From NCBI RefSeq assembly GCF_001194135.2, contig NC_068993.1, positions 28,605,969 to 28,641,682 on the forward strand: a stretch of 35,714 nt of DNA. The letters run 5' to 3'. Positions 10,470-21,927 of the stretch are shown piece by piece. The number at the start of each line of letters is the position of its first letter. Within the stretch, counting starts at the first letter, position 1. The notes beneath the pieces are model-generated. The model saw only the letters and a program-made list of their open reading frames with translations, searched no databases and had not been told where the DNA came from. Both the position numbers and the translations under genes were made by a program. This DNA is from Octopus bimaculoides (lineage: Eukaryota).

Positions 10470-13400
10470 AGTAAAAATGCAGTTGGACACTGGAAGTGAT
10501 ATTACCATTGTGAACAAAAAAAGCTTGGAAGTATATTGGTAAGCCAAAATTAAGTAAATCTACAAAAGTAGCACATAGCGTTACAGATAAAAGATTGTAT
10601 TTTGTTGGTGAATTTGTGTGTAATGTAATAGTCTGTCATCAAATGAAAATGGAAAATATATATGTGCTAAAAAATTCAGTTAATCTATTTGGCACAGAGT
10701 AGATGGAATTATTCAAATTGTGGAATGCACTCATAAGTGCTTTGTGTGGAATATAGTCGGTTCAGTTGAGAGTTTGAATGAGGCTCAGGGACTGAAACAA
10801 AAAATAAAACATTTATTTTCAGAGGTTTTCTCAGAGGAACTGGGCTGCTGTATGAAAACAAAAGCAAAAATTGTAGTAAAACAAAATGCAACACCTGTAT
10901 TTATGCCAAGATGGAATTACCGTTTGTGGTAATAGAGCAGGTAAATAAAGAAGTTAAAAGACTTGAAAGCCTAGAAATAATCGAGAAGACAGACTACTCA
11001 GATTGGGCAGCACCTACAGTCTACATAAGAAAGAAAAATAACAAGTTAAGAGTTTGAACAGATTTTTCAACAAGGTTGAATGATTGCTTAATCTCACATA
11101 ACTCACACAACTACAAGGTTGAATGACTGCTTAATCTCACATTGCCGAATCCTGGAGAGGTGTTTGCAATATTGAATTGAGGGAAATTTTTTTCAAAATT
11201 AGACCTCTTGGAGGCATATCTACAAATCCAAGTAGAAGAAGAATGCTCACATTTATTAATCATCAATACACACCATGACTTATTTAAATTTAAGTGGCTT
11301 TCCTTTGGTGTAAAAGTAGTTCCTCCCATATTTCAGCAAATAATGGCTACAATGCTGGGTGAATGTGATTTTGCTATCACCTATTTAGACAATATTCTAA
11401 TAAAAAGTGAATCACAGGAACAACATGTAGAACACGTTAAAAGAGTATTTGAGAAGAATAGAGAATATGGTTTCAAATTAATGGAAGAAAAATGTGAGTC
11501 TTTTTATGAAAAGAATTAAATACTTAGGCCAGATAATAGATAAAAACGGATGGAAACCAGAGCAACTGCAATAAAAAATATGCCCATGCTGAATAATGTG
11601 ACTATGCTACAAGCATTCTTGCATTTAGTAAATTATTATCAAATTTACATTCCCAATATACATAATGTAAGAGTCCTGCTCAATGATTTGTTAAAGAAAA
11701 ATACAAAATAGTGTTGAACTGATAAGTGCCAGAAGGCATTTGATGAGCTAAAAAGCATTTTAACATTGGGCTTATTGTTAACGCATTTTGATCCAAAGTT
11801 GGATATTACATTAGCTACAGATGCGAGTGATTATGGTGTAGGAGCTGTGCTTCTGCAGAAATATGACAATGGGAATAAAAAGGTTATAACCCATGCATCA
11901 CGATCATTATTACCAGCTGAAAGGAACTATAGTTAGATAGAAAACAAAGTGTTAGCAATCACATTTGGTGTGAAAAAATTCCATAGATTTATTCATGGAA
12001 GAAACTTCTGTCTACAAATGGATCATCACCCACTACTGTCAATATATGGTTCTAAAAAACCAATACACACAGCAAATAGACTACAACAATGGGACACTAA
12101 ATTATTGAATTATGACTACAAAATGGAATATTCAATGTCAAAAAAACTAGGACATGTGGATGATACCAAAGCACTGAGCCATTCGAAGATACAGTAATTG
12201 CAGCTTTAAGAGCAGAAGGGGAAATAAAAAAAAGGTAATGTGGAATATAGTATGCAAATTACCAGTAACCCTAGAAGACATAAAGCAAAATGTGGTAAAG
12301 GACAAATTTATAACAGAAATGAAAAGAACACTGTAGAAAAGTAAATAGGAATAGTATTTGTGTCAAATGAAAGCAAAAACGTGAACCTATACTCAATTTA
12401 TGACGGCATACTGATGCATGCACAGAGAGTAGTGATACCTGAAACACTACAAAAGAAAATGTTGAGGGAATTTCATGTTGGACATCCTGGTATTTCGAGA
12501 ATGAAAGCTTTAATGCATAGCTACGTGTACTGGCCAAAAATGGATAGAGAAATTGAAAATTTGGTGAAAGGCTGTAGAGAATGAACTGTAGCAGCAAAAT
12601 TACCGATGATAAAAAGTGAACCTTGACCATAAGTGGTTGAGACTACACATCGATTACACTGGTCCCTTAAATGGCTCATACTACTTAGTGGTGGTGGATA
12701 GCTTCTCTAAATGGCCCAGAAATTTGTAAGTGTAAAAAGCCAACCTCTTCAACTGCAACAAATATCTTACATGAGCTATATGTGAGATTTGGCATCCCAG
12801 ACAAAATAGTGTCTGACAATGGAAAATAATTTGTGTCTCCTGAATTTAAGAAGTTTTGTAAAACGTTTGTGGTAGAATATGTAACTACAGCATTATACCA
12901 TCCCAGATCTAACGGACAAGCAGAACGCTTTGTTGATAAGTTCAAGAGAGCCCTAAGAAAGTTGAATAAGGAAGTCATGAATGAGGTAGCTCTACAACAA
13001 CTCTGTAGAGTATACCGTGTGACACCAAATTCAAATACACCAGCAGATATGTCACCAGTGGAGCTGATGTTTGCGAGGAAGCAAATTGCTACCAGGCAAT
13101 AAAAGAAAAATTGCAAGGAAAAATACAGCAAGATTTTTCAAAATTGGTGTAAAGGTGTTTGTGAGGGCATATAAGAACAGAAAACAGAGTTGGGGAGTTG
13201 GTGTGATTACCAAACGCACAGGAAAAATGCTATACTTGGTAAAAAGTAGAAAAGGCATATACAAGAGACACATGAACCAACTGAAAAAAAGATTCATTGA
13301 CAGTGAACCCAAGAGAATGGAAGAACCAATGGGAATAGTTATATGATACTTTTCAAGTACCAACACCATTACAAGTGATTGAACCCAGGTGCACAAACAT
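10470..13400 (+). pseudogene. pol: Pol: protease, RT, RNase H, integrase
   Basis: MQLDTGSDIT (protease); FSKLDLLEAYLQI..FGVKVVPPIFQ..TYLDNIL (RT); LATDASDYGVGAVL..AERNYS (RNase H); HVGHPGISRMK..YWPKMD; IDYTGP..VVVDSFSKW..VSDNG..HPRSNGQAERFV (integrase). Multiple stops and frameshifts. Confidence 0.95.
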
Positions 13401-13569
13401 AAGAAAAAGAAAATGTATGGAATTCCTGGAAATGGATGCCGAACATAAAAAATATTAAATGTTTAACTAAGAAAAAAGAAAAAGCTCAAAAAAGGAGGTG
13501 GGGTAATATAAAAAATATTGCTATTAAAAGAAGTAAAATGACACTCCCTAAGATTAAAAGAAAAACTTA

Positions 13570-13579
13570 AAAAGGGAGA
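13570..13579 (+). promoter_or_regulatory. Polypurine tract
   Basis: AAAAGGGAGA immediately before the 3' LTR. Confidence 0.75.
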
Positions 13580-13782
13580 TGTGAAGATAATAATAATAAT
13601 GCTACACCCCTCTCACGTGATGAGTGGTATGTGCTAGTTGCTATAAATAAGGTGACGTCGGACAGTATAAACAAAGAGCATAAATTAGATGATCATAGAT
13701 AGTCGTGGTCTTTCTTGTCTTACTAACTATACTGCTATACCAGAGTGGGCATTATAACAATCCGACATTAAGTATTACAACA
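13580..13782 (+). repeat. 3' LTR of the Mag-type element
   Basis: Diverged direct repeat of 9135-9325 with many substitutions and indels. The start is uncertain by about 3 bp. Confidence 0.92.
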
Positions 13783-14297
13783 GTTTTGTTGTTGCTGCTA
13801 CTGCTATTGTTGCTCAAGCCTGTCACTGTTGCTACCACCGTTGCTATTGCTGTTGCTACTGCTTCTGATGCTGCTGTTGTTATAACTACTGTTGTTTGCT
13901 GTAATAACTAGTCCAGGTGGCCTAAATAAATGTTATGTGACAAAAATTTAACAATTAACAACTTCTGAAACAATAAACAAACAAATAAACTTACTAGTGA
14001 TGTGACAAGCACTAGCCAGTAAAATAACAACAACAACGATGTTTTCTTTTATTTGCCACCAGGCTGAAGGATGAGGGGGACAATACGAAGACAAACATAA
14101 AGTGCGGTGGTTTACATATAATGATAAAAATAGGACAAAAAATAATATATATATAAATGCTAACAAGCAATAATAATGTCCAGGTATCAATGCATTATGG
14201 CCATTTCAAGTGGCTCCGTCTAATTGATCAATGAAAACATTACATCAATTTGAAAGAAACCACTCTCCTCAGATGCAGATGACCATATAGAACCTCC

Positions 14298-14357
14298 CAG
14301 ACCCTTATTTTACTGGGACCATATATCAAGCTTTATCTACAATAAAATAAGGGTCTG
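14298..14357. other. 60-nt hairpin with perfect 15-bp inverted repeat
   Basis: CAGACCCTTATTTTA (14298-14312) pairs with TAAAATAAGGGTCTG (14343-14357). Confidence 0.9.
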
Positions 14358-14379
14358 ACATTAATTAATTTATCACCAT

Positions 14380-14560
14380 CAACTGAAGAATTTATTTAGC
14401 AAATTCTATAACTTCAGCAGCAATATTGTTTTTTCCTCTTGTACTTTTCCAGTCTTAATTACTGCTTGTTCTGTACTTTTCCCAGTTCAATACTCAAGAA
14501 TATTCTAGGATTCTCTGCTCACATTTTTTATTCTAGCCCCCTCTTTTTCCCAGGCTTCTA
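14380..14560 (-). pseudogene. Highly decayed LINE RT N-terminal remnant
   Basis: With frameshifts reads EQAVIKTGKVQ..NIAAEVI, resembling the EV..AI...K.GKAPG.D.I.AE motif. Confidence 0.35.
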
Positions 14561-14811
14561 ATATCATAATTATGGAAAAAAATGATACAATTGTAAATAT
14601 TTTTTAAATACAGATTTTGTTCAAACTTAGAAATTTTGTTTGCCTCTAAAAGTAACAAAGGATTAATAGCAGCATATCTATTACAAATAAATATATTTTA
14701 AAACAATTTTCATCATAAAATGATGTTGAATTTTAATTAAATGATTCATTATTAGTTTATTTAATGTGTGAAAATTTTTATTTTTATATATTTTAATATG
14801 TACATATTTTA

Positions 14812-15725
14812 ATGCATAAAAAAGAAGTGGTTATTAAAGAGAAGAGACGGGCTTGGAAAAACTGGAAGAGTGGATGTAGCAAAGAACCATATAAGATAGC
14901 TAAAAGAGAAACTAGGCATCAGGTATATCTAGCTAGGGCAGAAGCAGAAAGGAAGAGGTTTGCCAATGTCTTACAGCATGAAGATCAAAGATTTGAAGTG
15001 TTCCAGATTGCCAGACAGTGTTTTAGAGACAATCAAGATGTTGAGGGAGAGAAGTGTGAATGGACAGATAATGGTATGCTTGCTCTTAGTGATCTTGAAA
15101 AGAAAGGGGCTTGGAAGAGTTAGTATGAAAGACAGTTGAATGTGAAGAATGAATGAGAGAAAGGGAGTCTTCCTTGTGTGAACGCAACAGAAGGACCAGC
15201 TAACCTAGTTTGCAGCAGCATGAATTAGACTAGATGAAATGCAGTTTGGCTTTGTCCTTAGAAGAAGCACCACAGATGTTATTTTCATTGTTAGGCAACT
15301 GTAAGAGAAGTATTTAGCTAAGAACAAGTCATTGTAGGGCTCGAGATCAACAAATTGTTGATCTAGAGAAAGCCTGTGACAGAGTACTTCGTTCTATGAC
15401 ATGGTGGTATCTGAAGAAGCTTGGGATGAATGATTTGTGAAAGCAGTACAGGTCATGTACAGAGCTGCTGTTAGTACAGTAAGAGTAGGTCATGGGTACA
15501 GTGATGAATTTAGTGTTCATGTAGATGCCCACCAAGGACTGATCCTTATCCTCCTCCAATTCATCATCATCCTTCAAGCCATAACAGAGGAATTTAAAAC
15601 TGGAAGTCCATGGGGACTACTATATGCCTATTATCTTGCCCTCATAGCAGAATCTGTAACAAAATTAGAAAAGAATTTCCAGGCATGGAAACAGAACTTG
15701 GAATCAAAGGGTCTTGAAGTTAAGT
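14812..15725 (+). pseudogene. RTE-clade LINE fragment (linker + RT, internally deleted)
   Basis: KEKRRAWKNWKSG..YLARAEAERKRFANV; LDEMQFGFVLRRSTTDVIFIVRQL*EKYL; DLEKACDRV; AHQG..ITEEFKTGSPWGLLYAYYLALIAES. Confidence 0.88.
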
Positions 15726-15900
15726 CACCTACGGCATTAGTTACTGTCTTTTAAGACACTAAATACATTAAAATGACAAGAATATTTTGATTTGTTAAAA
15801 GGGTCACTGTTTTTTTTTGTTTTTTTTTCAATGACATAAAGCTACACCACTTTTTTTGTAGCTAATATTTTTCTATGGGGTTTTCACTATCACACCTTTC

Positions 15901-16397
15901 NNNNNNNNNNNNNNNNNNNNNNNNNNNNNNNNNNNNNNNNNNNNNNNNNNNNNNNNNNNNNNNNNNNNNNNNNNNNNNNNNNNNNNNNNNNNNNNNNNNN
16001 NNNNNNNNNNNNNNNNNNNNNNNNNNNNNNNNNNNNNNNNNNNNNNNNNNNNNNNNNNNNNNNNNNNNNNNNNNNNNNNNNNNNNNNNNNNNNNNNNNNN
16101 NNNNNNNNNNNNNNNNNNNNNNNNNNNNNNNNNNNNNNNNNNNNNNNNNNNNNNNNNNNNNNNNNNNNNNNNNNNNNNNNNNNNNNNNNNNNNNNNNNNN
16201 NNNNNNNNNNNNNNNNNNNNNNNNNNNNNNNNNNNNNNNNNNNNNNNNNNNNNNNNNNNNNNNNNNNNNNNNNNNNNNNNNNNNNNNNNNNNNNNNNNNN
16301 NNNNNNNNNNNNNNNNNNNNNNNNNNNNNNNNNNNNNNNNNNNNNNNNNNNNNNNNNNNNNNNNNNNNNNNNNNNNNNNNNNNNNNNNNNNNNNNNN
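15901..16397. other. Assembly gap
   Basis: Run of N. Confidence 1.
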
Positions 16398-17232
16398 GAG
16401 AGGGTTTCATGAATTTTATTCATGAAAAGCTTCCTCCCATCATTTACTAGGATGTGGTGGAAAAAGATCTGAAAATCCCTATCAAAATGGAGAAAATCCA
16501 ATTTATGAGGACATGCTATTCCAAAAGTCCACCAAGGCATTCTATTGTGAAAATTACTCAGCAATGACAGGATACTAAGCTAGGACATGCATACATACAG
16601 TTTAATGTACACAGTATATAGTTGTGATCTACTAATAGTTTCATACTTTGAAAATATTATCTATGCAGGTTTTAAAACATACCTAGTGTCTCCAAGTAAT
16701 CTCCAAGTAGTCTTCATGAGCTATACAAGTTTCAAGTCAGGACGATAGAACGAGAGAAATCACAAGAAAAAAACATGAAGGCAGGTTTAAAAAATGGAGT
16801 GGGGGGTGGGAGACGAAAAAAAGAAAGGAAAAAAAGAAAAGAATTAGAGTTGTGTTCCCTTTGACCATAGAGTCACAAGGCTAGATGGTGTAGAGTCTGT
16901 GATACCCATAGGTACATACATATTACATGTGTTGAGAAGGGAGTATTATTGCAGCAGTTCGAATTATTCTTTTTATATAACTATAATAATTATACACAAA
17001 TATGTATATATATATGACTTTCTCTTACCTCTGTTTATACTTTATCTAATAAGAATAATATAATATAATGCACCTAATAATAATAATAGTAATTGATTCC
17101 TTTGTATGCATATACATTTTAATATATGTATATGTTTTTATGTATATTTATGTATATGTGTGTATATGTAAAAGTATGTATATATGTATGTATTTATATT
17201 TATAACTTAACCTTATGAACTTTCTAAACTCT

Positions 17233-17348
17233 CTGACGAAGCCCAGAGACACATCCAAGTACTTTAATCTTATCTACCAAATACTTCAGTTCACTGGAGG
17301 GATAACAGTAGAATGGGGTACCATGGCCTCTTGGCTGAAACAGCTGTA
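17233..17348 (+). ncRNA. Type I hammerhead-ribozyme-like motif with intact core
   Basis: CTGACGA; stem II AGCCCAGAG/CTCTTGGCT (8 of 9 pairs) enclosing a 79-nt insert; GAAAC-AGCT-GTA (minimal palindromic stem III). Only about 3 bp of stem I remain (TCT/AGA). Confidence 0.6.
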
Positions 17349-17777
17349 AGATATTATCCTACTTTCTATGCTCTACATTATATATTTTAATAATTACTGG
17401 CATTTTTATATTTTATATATTATATATGCAAAGCATAACATGTATGTATATTGTTATAATTATCTTTTAAAAAAATGAATAGACATAATATAATCCCCTC
17501 CATTTTCTTATTTATGTATAAATTAAGGGTAAAATAACTTTTTACCCTCTCCCATTTATTACACTTGTTAATGTAATTGTCATGCAATGAAAAAACATTT
17601 GTGTATTAATAAATGGGTATTCTATCAGCAGTATATTGGATAGATATTATCCCTTAGTTGGTTGGATTCATAACCTCTAACCCTCTTGGAATTATATATA
17701 TATATATATATATATATTGAGAAGGAGAGAGAGAGAGAGAGAGAGAGAGACAGGTATAGATATAGATGTTATCCGCA

Positions 17778-17909
17778 TATAGAAGCAGAAAAGACAGTCA
17801 AACAATAGCAGGCATAAGCTAATAGAAAGCTTTGTATACAATTACTTGCAATTGTATATGCAACTTTCTATTAGACTGCTATTGCTTGTCTATCTTTTCT
17901 GCTTCCATA
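17778..17909. repeat. About 130-bp foldback palindrome (MITE-like)
   Basis: Left arm TATAGAAGCAGAAAAGACAGTCAAACAATAGCAG..CTAATAGAAAG..TATACAATT matches the reverse complement of the right arm TATGGAAGCAGAAAAGATAGACAAGCAATAGCAGTCTAATAGAAAG..TATACAATT; almost no loop. Confidence 0.88.
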
Positions 17910-18638
17910 CTCCTTAAGAGAAAATCGTTCTCATACCTGACTTCCTATTTCTGCACAACCTGCCTCTGATGCAGAAGTTGGAGGTTAAAAGTTTTAGATT
18001 TTTCTGAGCATTACCAGGTAACTGTCTATACCACTGCCACTTCAGCATTTTATAATCTCTCTCTCTCTCTCTCTCTCCACACACACACACACATAGTGCA
18101 TGAGATATTTGAGGACATATCTGATAATTTAATGAAACAACTCTAATTTAGCAAAAGCCATGTATTTTTAATAAAAACATTTTGATATGCTTTCTTGTAA
18201 GATTATTCTATGAATCTACCTTCAGCTTTGATGACTGTTTCAATGTGGGACAGGTATCATTGACACACCTGCACTAAATGGTCCTTATTCATTTCAAACA
18301 TCACCTAGACAATGGCAGCCTTCCGTGAAGCTATAGCATTTTAAGGATGTTGAGGGCGAGTGACAACAAACCATGGAGAGCACCAGAATTGATTGAAAGT
18401 TGGGCAGAAAGAGAGTCCCACCAAGCTACCAATCCAAAAGCTTAGAGATTGGCGAGCCTGTAGGTCTTAGGTTTTGTTATGAGATTTGCATGCTAGCTAT
18501 GGTTGAAGGTTTTGCTGATATCTAGACGAACAGAATTGCTGTCATTGATTTTCTCTAAAGGTAGAACCTACTGATGAGTGACATAGAAGGGTAGATCTGG
18601 TTCTGCAGAAGACATACTGGTAGTCACTCAAGAGAGGG

Positions 18639-18808
18639 AGGTAGGGAGAGAGAGAGAGAGATAGACAGAGAGAGATAGACAGAGAGAGAGAGAGAGAGAG
18701 CGAGAGAGGGGGAGGGAGAGATAGAGAGATAGAGAGAGAGAGATAGAGAGATAGAGAGAGATAGAGAGAGAGAGAGAGAAAGAGAGAGATAGAGAGAGAG
18801 AGAGAGCA
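18639..18808. repeat. (AG)n/(AGAGAT)n compound microsatellite
   Basis: Seen directly. Confidence 0.95.
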
Positions 18809-19593
18809 ATTCAAAATGCTGGAGAATATGATTGTTAATGGCTGTCTTCATTACTTTTGAGATGTTAGAAATAAGTGCAATAGAATGGCAGCTGGCAACT
18901 TTAGGGAGGATGTCTTTCTTTGAAATGGAACACGACTTTGTATGTGTATGTAATGTGTGTAATGTGTTATATATGTATGCATGTGTTTGTATTTGTGTAT
19001 TTTACACATGACTTAGTTTACTGACATATGAGTAGGCAAAATAGTATTGCAGCAGCAGACTGAATTAATAGGTTAAGTCTAGCAGCTGAAATTTCAGATG
19101 ATCCTGTTTCAGTAATGTCACTGGGAACGATACTAAACTTCCATTAGTTCAGACCACTCACTATAACTAGATACTAATAAGTATACAGGTTTCCACTCTG
19201 TACCACCACCACTATCAGTATCAGTTCATGGTGGTGATGACATCAATATCACTGAGCTAATCTATCAAAATATCTCAACTGAAATCTTAACCTGTCTTTT
19301 GCATCATGCTCTCCATATTATGTTTATACATACATGTGTGTGTGTGTACATACATATATGTATATGTGTGTATGTGTATATGCATGTGTGTATGTATATG
19401 TCTAAATGTAGATGTAAATATTAATCTATAATTGTTAGTCCACTGACAAAATGTATTTTGTTTTGCCTATCGCTCTTTAGGAAATGAAGAACAATAAATA
19501 AGTAGAGAAGCTAACTTTATAAGTAACATATGACAAGAAAAGAAAAGGGAAATAACACACACATACACACACATATATATGCATTTAAATATG

Positions 19594-20025
19594 TGTGTAT
19601 GGCTGTGTGGCATGAAGCTTCTGGGTTCAGTCCCACTGTGTGGCATCTTGGGCAAGTGTCTTGTACTATAGCCTCGGGCCAACCAAAGTCTTGTGAGTGG
19701 ATTTGGTAGACAGAAGCTGAAAGAAGCTCATCGTATATATATATGTATGTATGTATGGATGTATGTATGTATGGATGTATGTATGTATGGATGTATGTAT
19801 GTATGTATGTATATGTTCGTGTGTCTGCGTTGGTCACCCCGCCATCGCTTGACAACCGATGTTGATATGTTTACGTCCTCATAACTTAGTGGTTCAGCAA
19901 AAGACTCCAATAGAATAAGTATTAGGCTTACAAAAAATAAGTCCTGGGATCAATTTGCTCAACTAAAGGCGTTGCTCCAGCATGGCTAAGGCAAATGACT
20001 GAAAGAAGTAAAATAATAAAAGAAT
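19594..20025 (+). mobile_element. SINE family A with expanded internal (TATG)n
   Basis: Colinear with 1008-1383; head GGCTGTGTGG..GGGTTCAGTCCCACTG present. Confidence 0.88.
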
Positions 20026-20033
20026 ATATATAT

Positions 20034-20138
20034 ATAATATTAATTAACAGGAGATGAATTCAATATTAAATCTTTATTGGGTGCAGCATATGTTTTGACC
20101 CATCAGTCTGGGTCTCATCAGGTACATCGATAAAGATA
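20034..20138 (-). ncRNA. Left arm of inverted repeat carrying a hammerhead-like motif
   Basis: Minus strand reads GATGTAC-CTGATGA-GACCC-agactgat-GGGTC-AAAAC-ATAT-GCT-GCACC. Perfect stem II, but G12 is changed to A and the cleavage triplet is altered. Confidence 0.6.
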
Positions 20139-20359
20139 TGTCTCACTACAGATTTTTAGTGTCAGCTGACTTGTTGTCATATGTCCATTAAGTTAGGGAA
20201 TGAATAAAAGCAAATAATATTGCAGAAGTACAAAAAATTCAAATATGAACATGGAAATCTTGTGTTCTTGTTTAGATAAAATGACCTAATCTGCTTTCAC
20301 TGTCATAGCTGCTTAGAGGAAAACGAAAGTAGAAGGAGAAAAGAAAACTAATTCTTAGT

Positions 20360-20800
20360 CAAATAGTTTTATGTTCATACATATACATACAGACAGAGAC
20401 ACACATGTATATACAGATAGATAACATACACACATATATATATACAAACACACATATAAATACACGCACATATACACATATATATACATACATAGATCCA
20501 GACATCCACACACGCACTTAGAGGCAGACACACACACATGCGCATAGAGGCAGACACACACGCACACACATACATATTCATACTCATATACACATACACA
20601 CATATATTTATATATCCGAGACAGATATTCATACACGTATACATCCTCACATCTACATATAGCTTCCTACAGACGCAGGCACACCCATTCACACACACAC
20701 ACATATACAAGCACCCACACACAGGCATACTCCTATATATGTATATGTGTAGACTCACACTGACACACATATGTACTTACACACATATCCATATATATTT
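20360..20800. repeat. Degenerate CA/TA microsatellite region
   Basis: Seen directly; source of the spurious VC/HT-rich ORFs. Confidence 0.9.
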
Positions 20801-20837
20801 GCATTTAGATTTATGCATCTTGACTTCCCTGTCCATC

Positions 20838-20940
20838 TATCTTTATTGATGTACCTGATGAGACCCAGACTGATGGGTCAAAACATGGTGTACCCAATAA
20901 AGATTTAATACTGAATCCATCTCCTGTTAATTAATATTAT
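20838..20940 (+). ncRNA. Right arm of inverted repeat carrying a hammerhead-like motif
   Basis: GATGTAC-CTGATGA(20855-20861)-GACCC-agactgat-GGGTC-AAAAC-AT-GGT-GTACC. Reverse complement of 20034-20138 with only a few differences. Confidence 0.6.
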
Positions 20941-21270
20941 TATCCTAACTGCCACTGTGAAGTTCCTGAAGTAGATCCAACAGAAGTGTGCCACGACTGC
21001 AGATGACAAGAGGTAGCCTAAACTGTGCCAGTGCTCTACTCAACATACATTTAAACATACTAATCGACTTATACTTATTTATCCAAATTATCTATTTTTT
21101 ATTATTATGTATATATATATATATAACAATTTAACTAGGTGTAAAATACACTTAAGGGATATTAAATATCCGAAGAATTTACTGGTTTAAATTACTTATA
21201 TCAATAATAATGTTATTCCAACAGGTAAATAAAAAATAAACATACAGTTTATTAATATATAAATATAAAT

Positions 21271-21887
21271 CAGAAATGGAAAACAAAGCAATAAACTGAA
21301 TAATTATAAATTCAATTCAAATATTTTACTTAAACAAATGACACATCTCTGTATAAGTGTGCATTAAAAATATATACATATATATATATATGTGTGCATA
21401 TATATGTAAGCATGAGGGCTGGATGGAAACTAAAACAATAAATTGTTTTATATTGGTATTATTTTTGTTTTGATATATATATACAATTTATTTTTCTCAT
21501 TTTTCATTTGGTTTTATAAGTATTGATAAGTATATGTATGTAAGTAAATGAATAATGGGGTATATACGTAGATATAGCGTATTTATCTTATTTCTTTGGT
21601 TGTTTTGGCTCGTTAGCAAGTGGGACATTTTGTTTGTATTGTATTACTTTGTTTTTGTTGTATGTATATATTTAAATGGTTTTTTTCGTTGACCATATCG
21701 AATTGATTTTGTTTCTCGTTTTGTTTTTATAAGCATAAAAATAGTTATCTCTCCTGCATTCTAATAGTCAAATTTAAAATATTTAGATTTAAATTAATAT
21801 CTAAAATAATGTTTTTACATAATGATACATGTGTGTATGAATTGTATATGTGTATAAATTGTAAAAATAGATATGTGTGTGTGTGTG

Positions 21888-21927
<40 letters not shown>

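Larger units (their letters stand above)
9135..13782 (+). mobile_element. Full-length but decayed Ty3/Gypsy (Mag-type) LTR retrotransposon
   Basis: Paired short LTRs, TGTTGT...ACAACA termini, TSD GTTTT (9130-9134 and 13783-13787), PBS, PPT, and domain order gag-PR-RT-RH-IN. Confidence 0.95.

Noticed and set aside
14554-14592. Apparent 39-nt symmetric micro-exon (ASNIIIMEKNDTI) with a pyrimidine tract/AG and GTAAAT donor
   Set aside because: The pyrimidine tracts are better explained as the antisense of a purine-rich decayed LINE RT; several equally good AG sites cluster here; no other support.
18225-18253. Possible 29-nt micro-exon (FDDCFNVGT) with AG/GT ends
   Set aside because: Such splice-like pairs arise often by chance; no recognisable protein or neighbouring exons.
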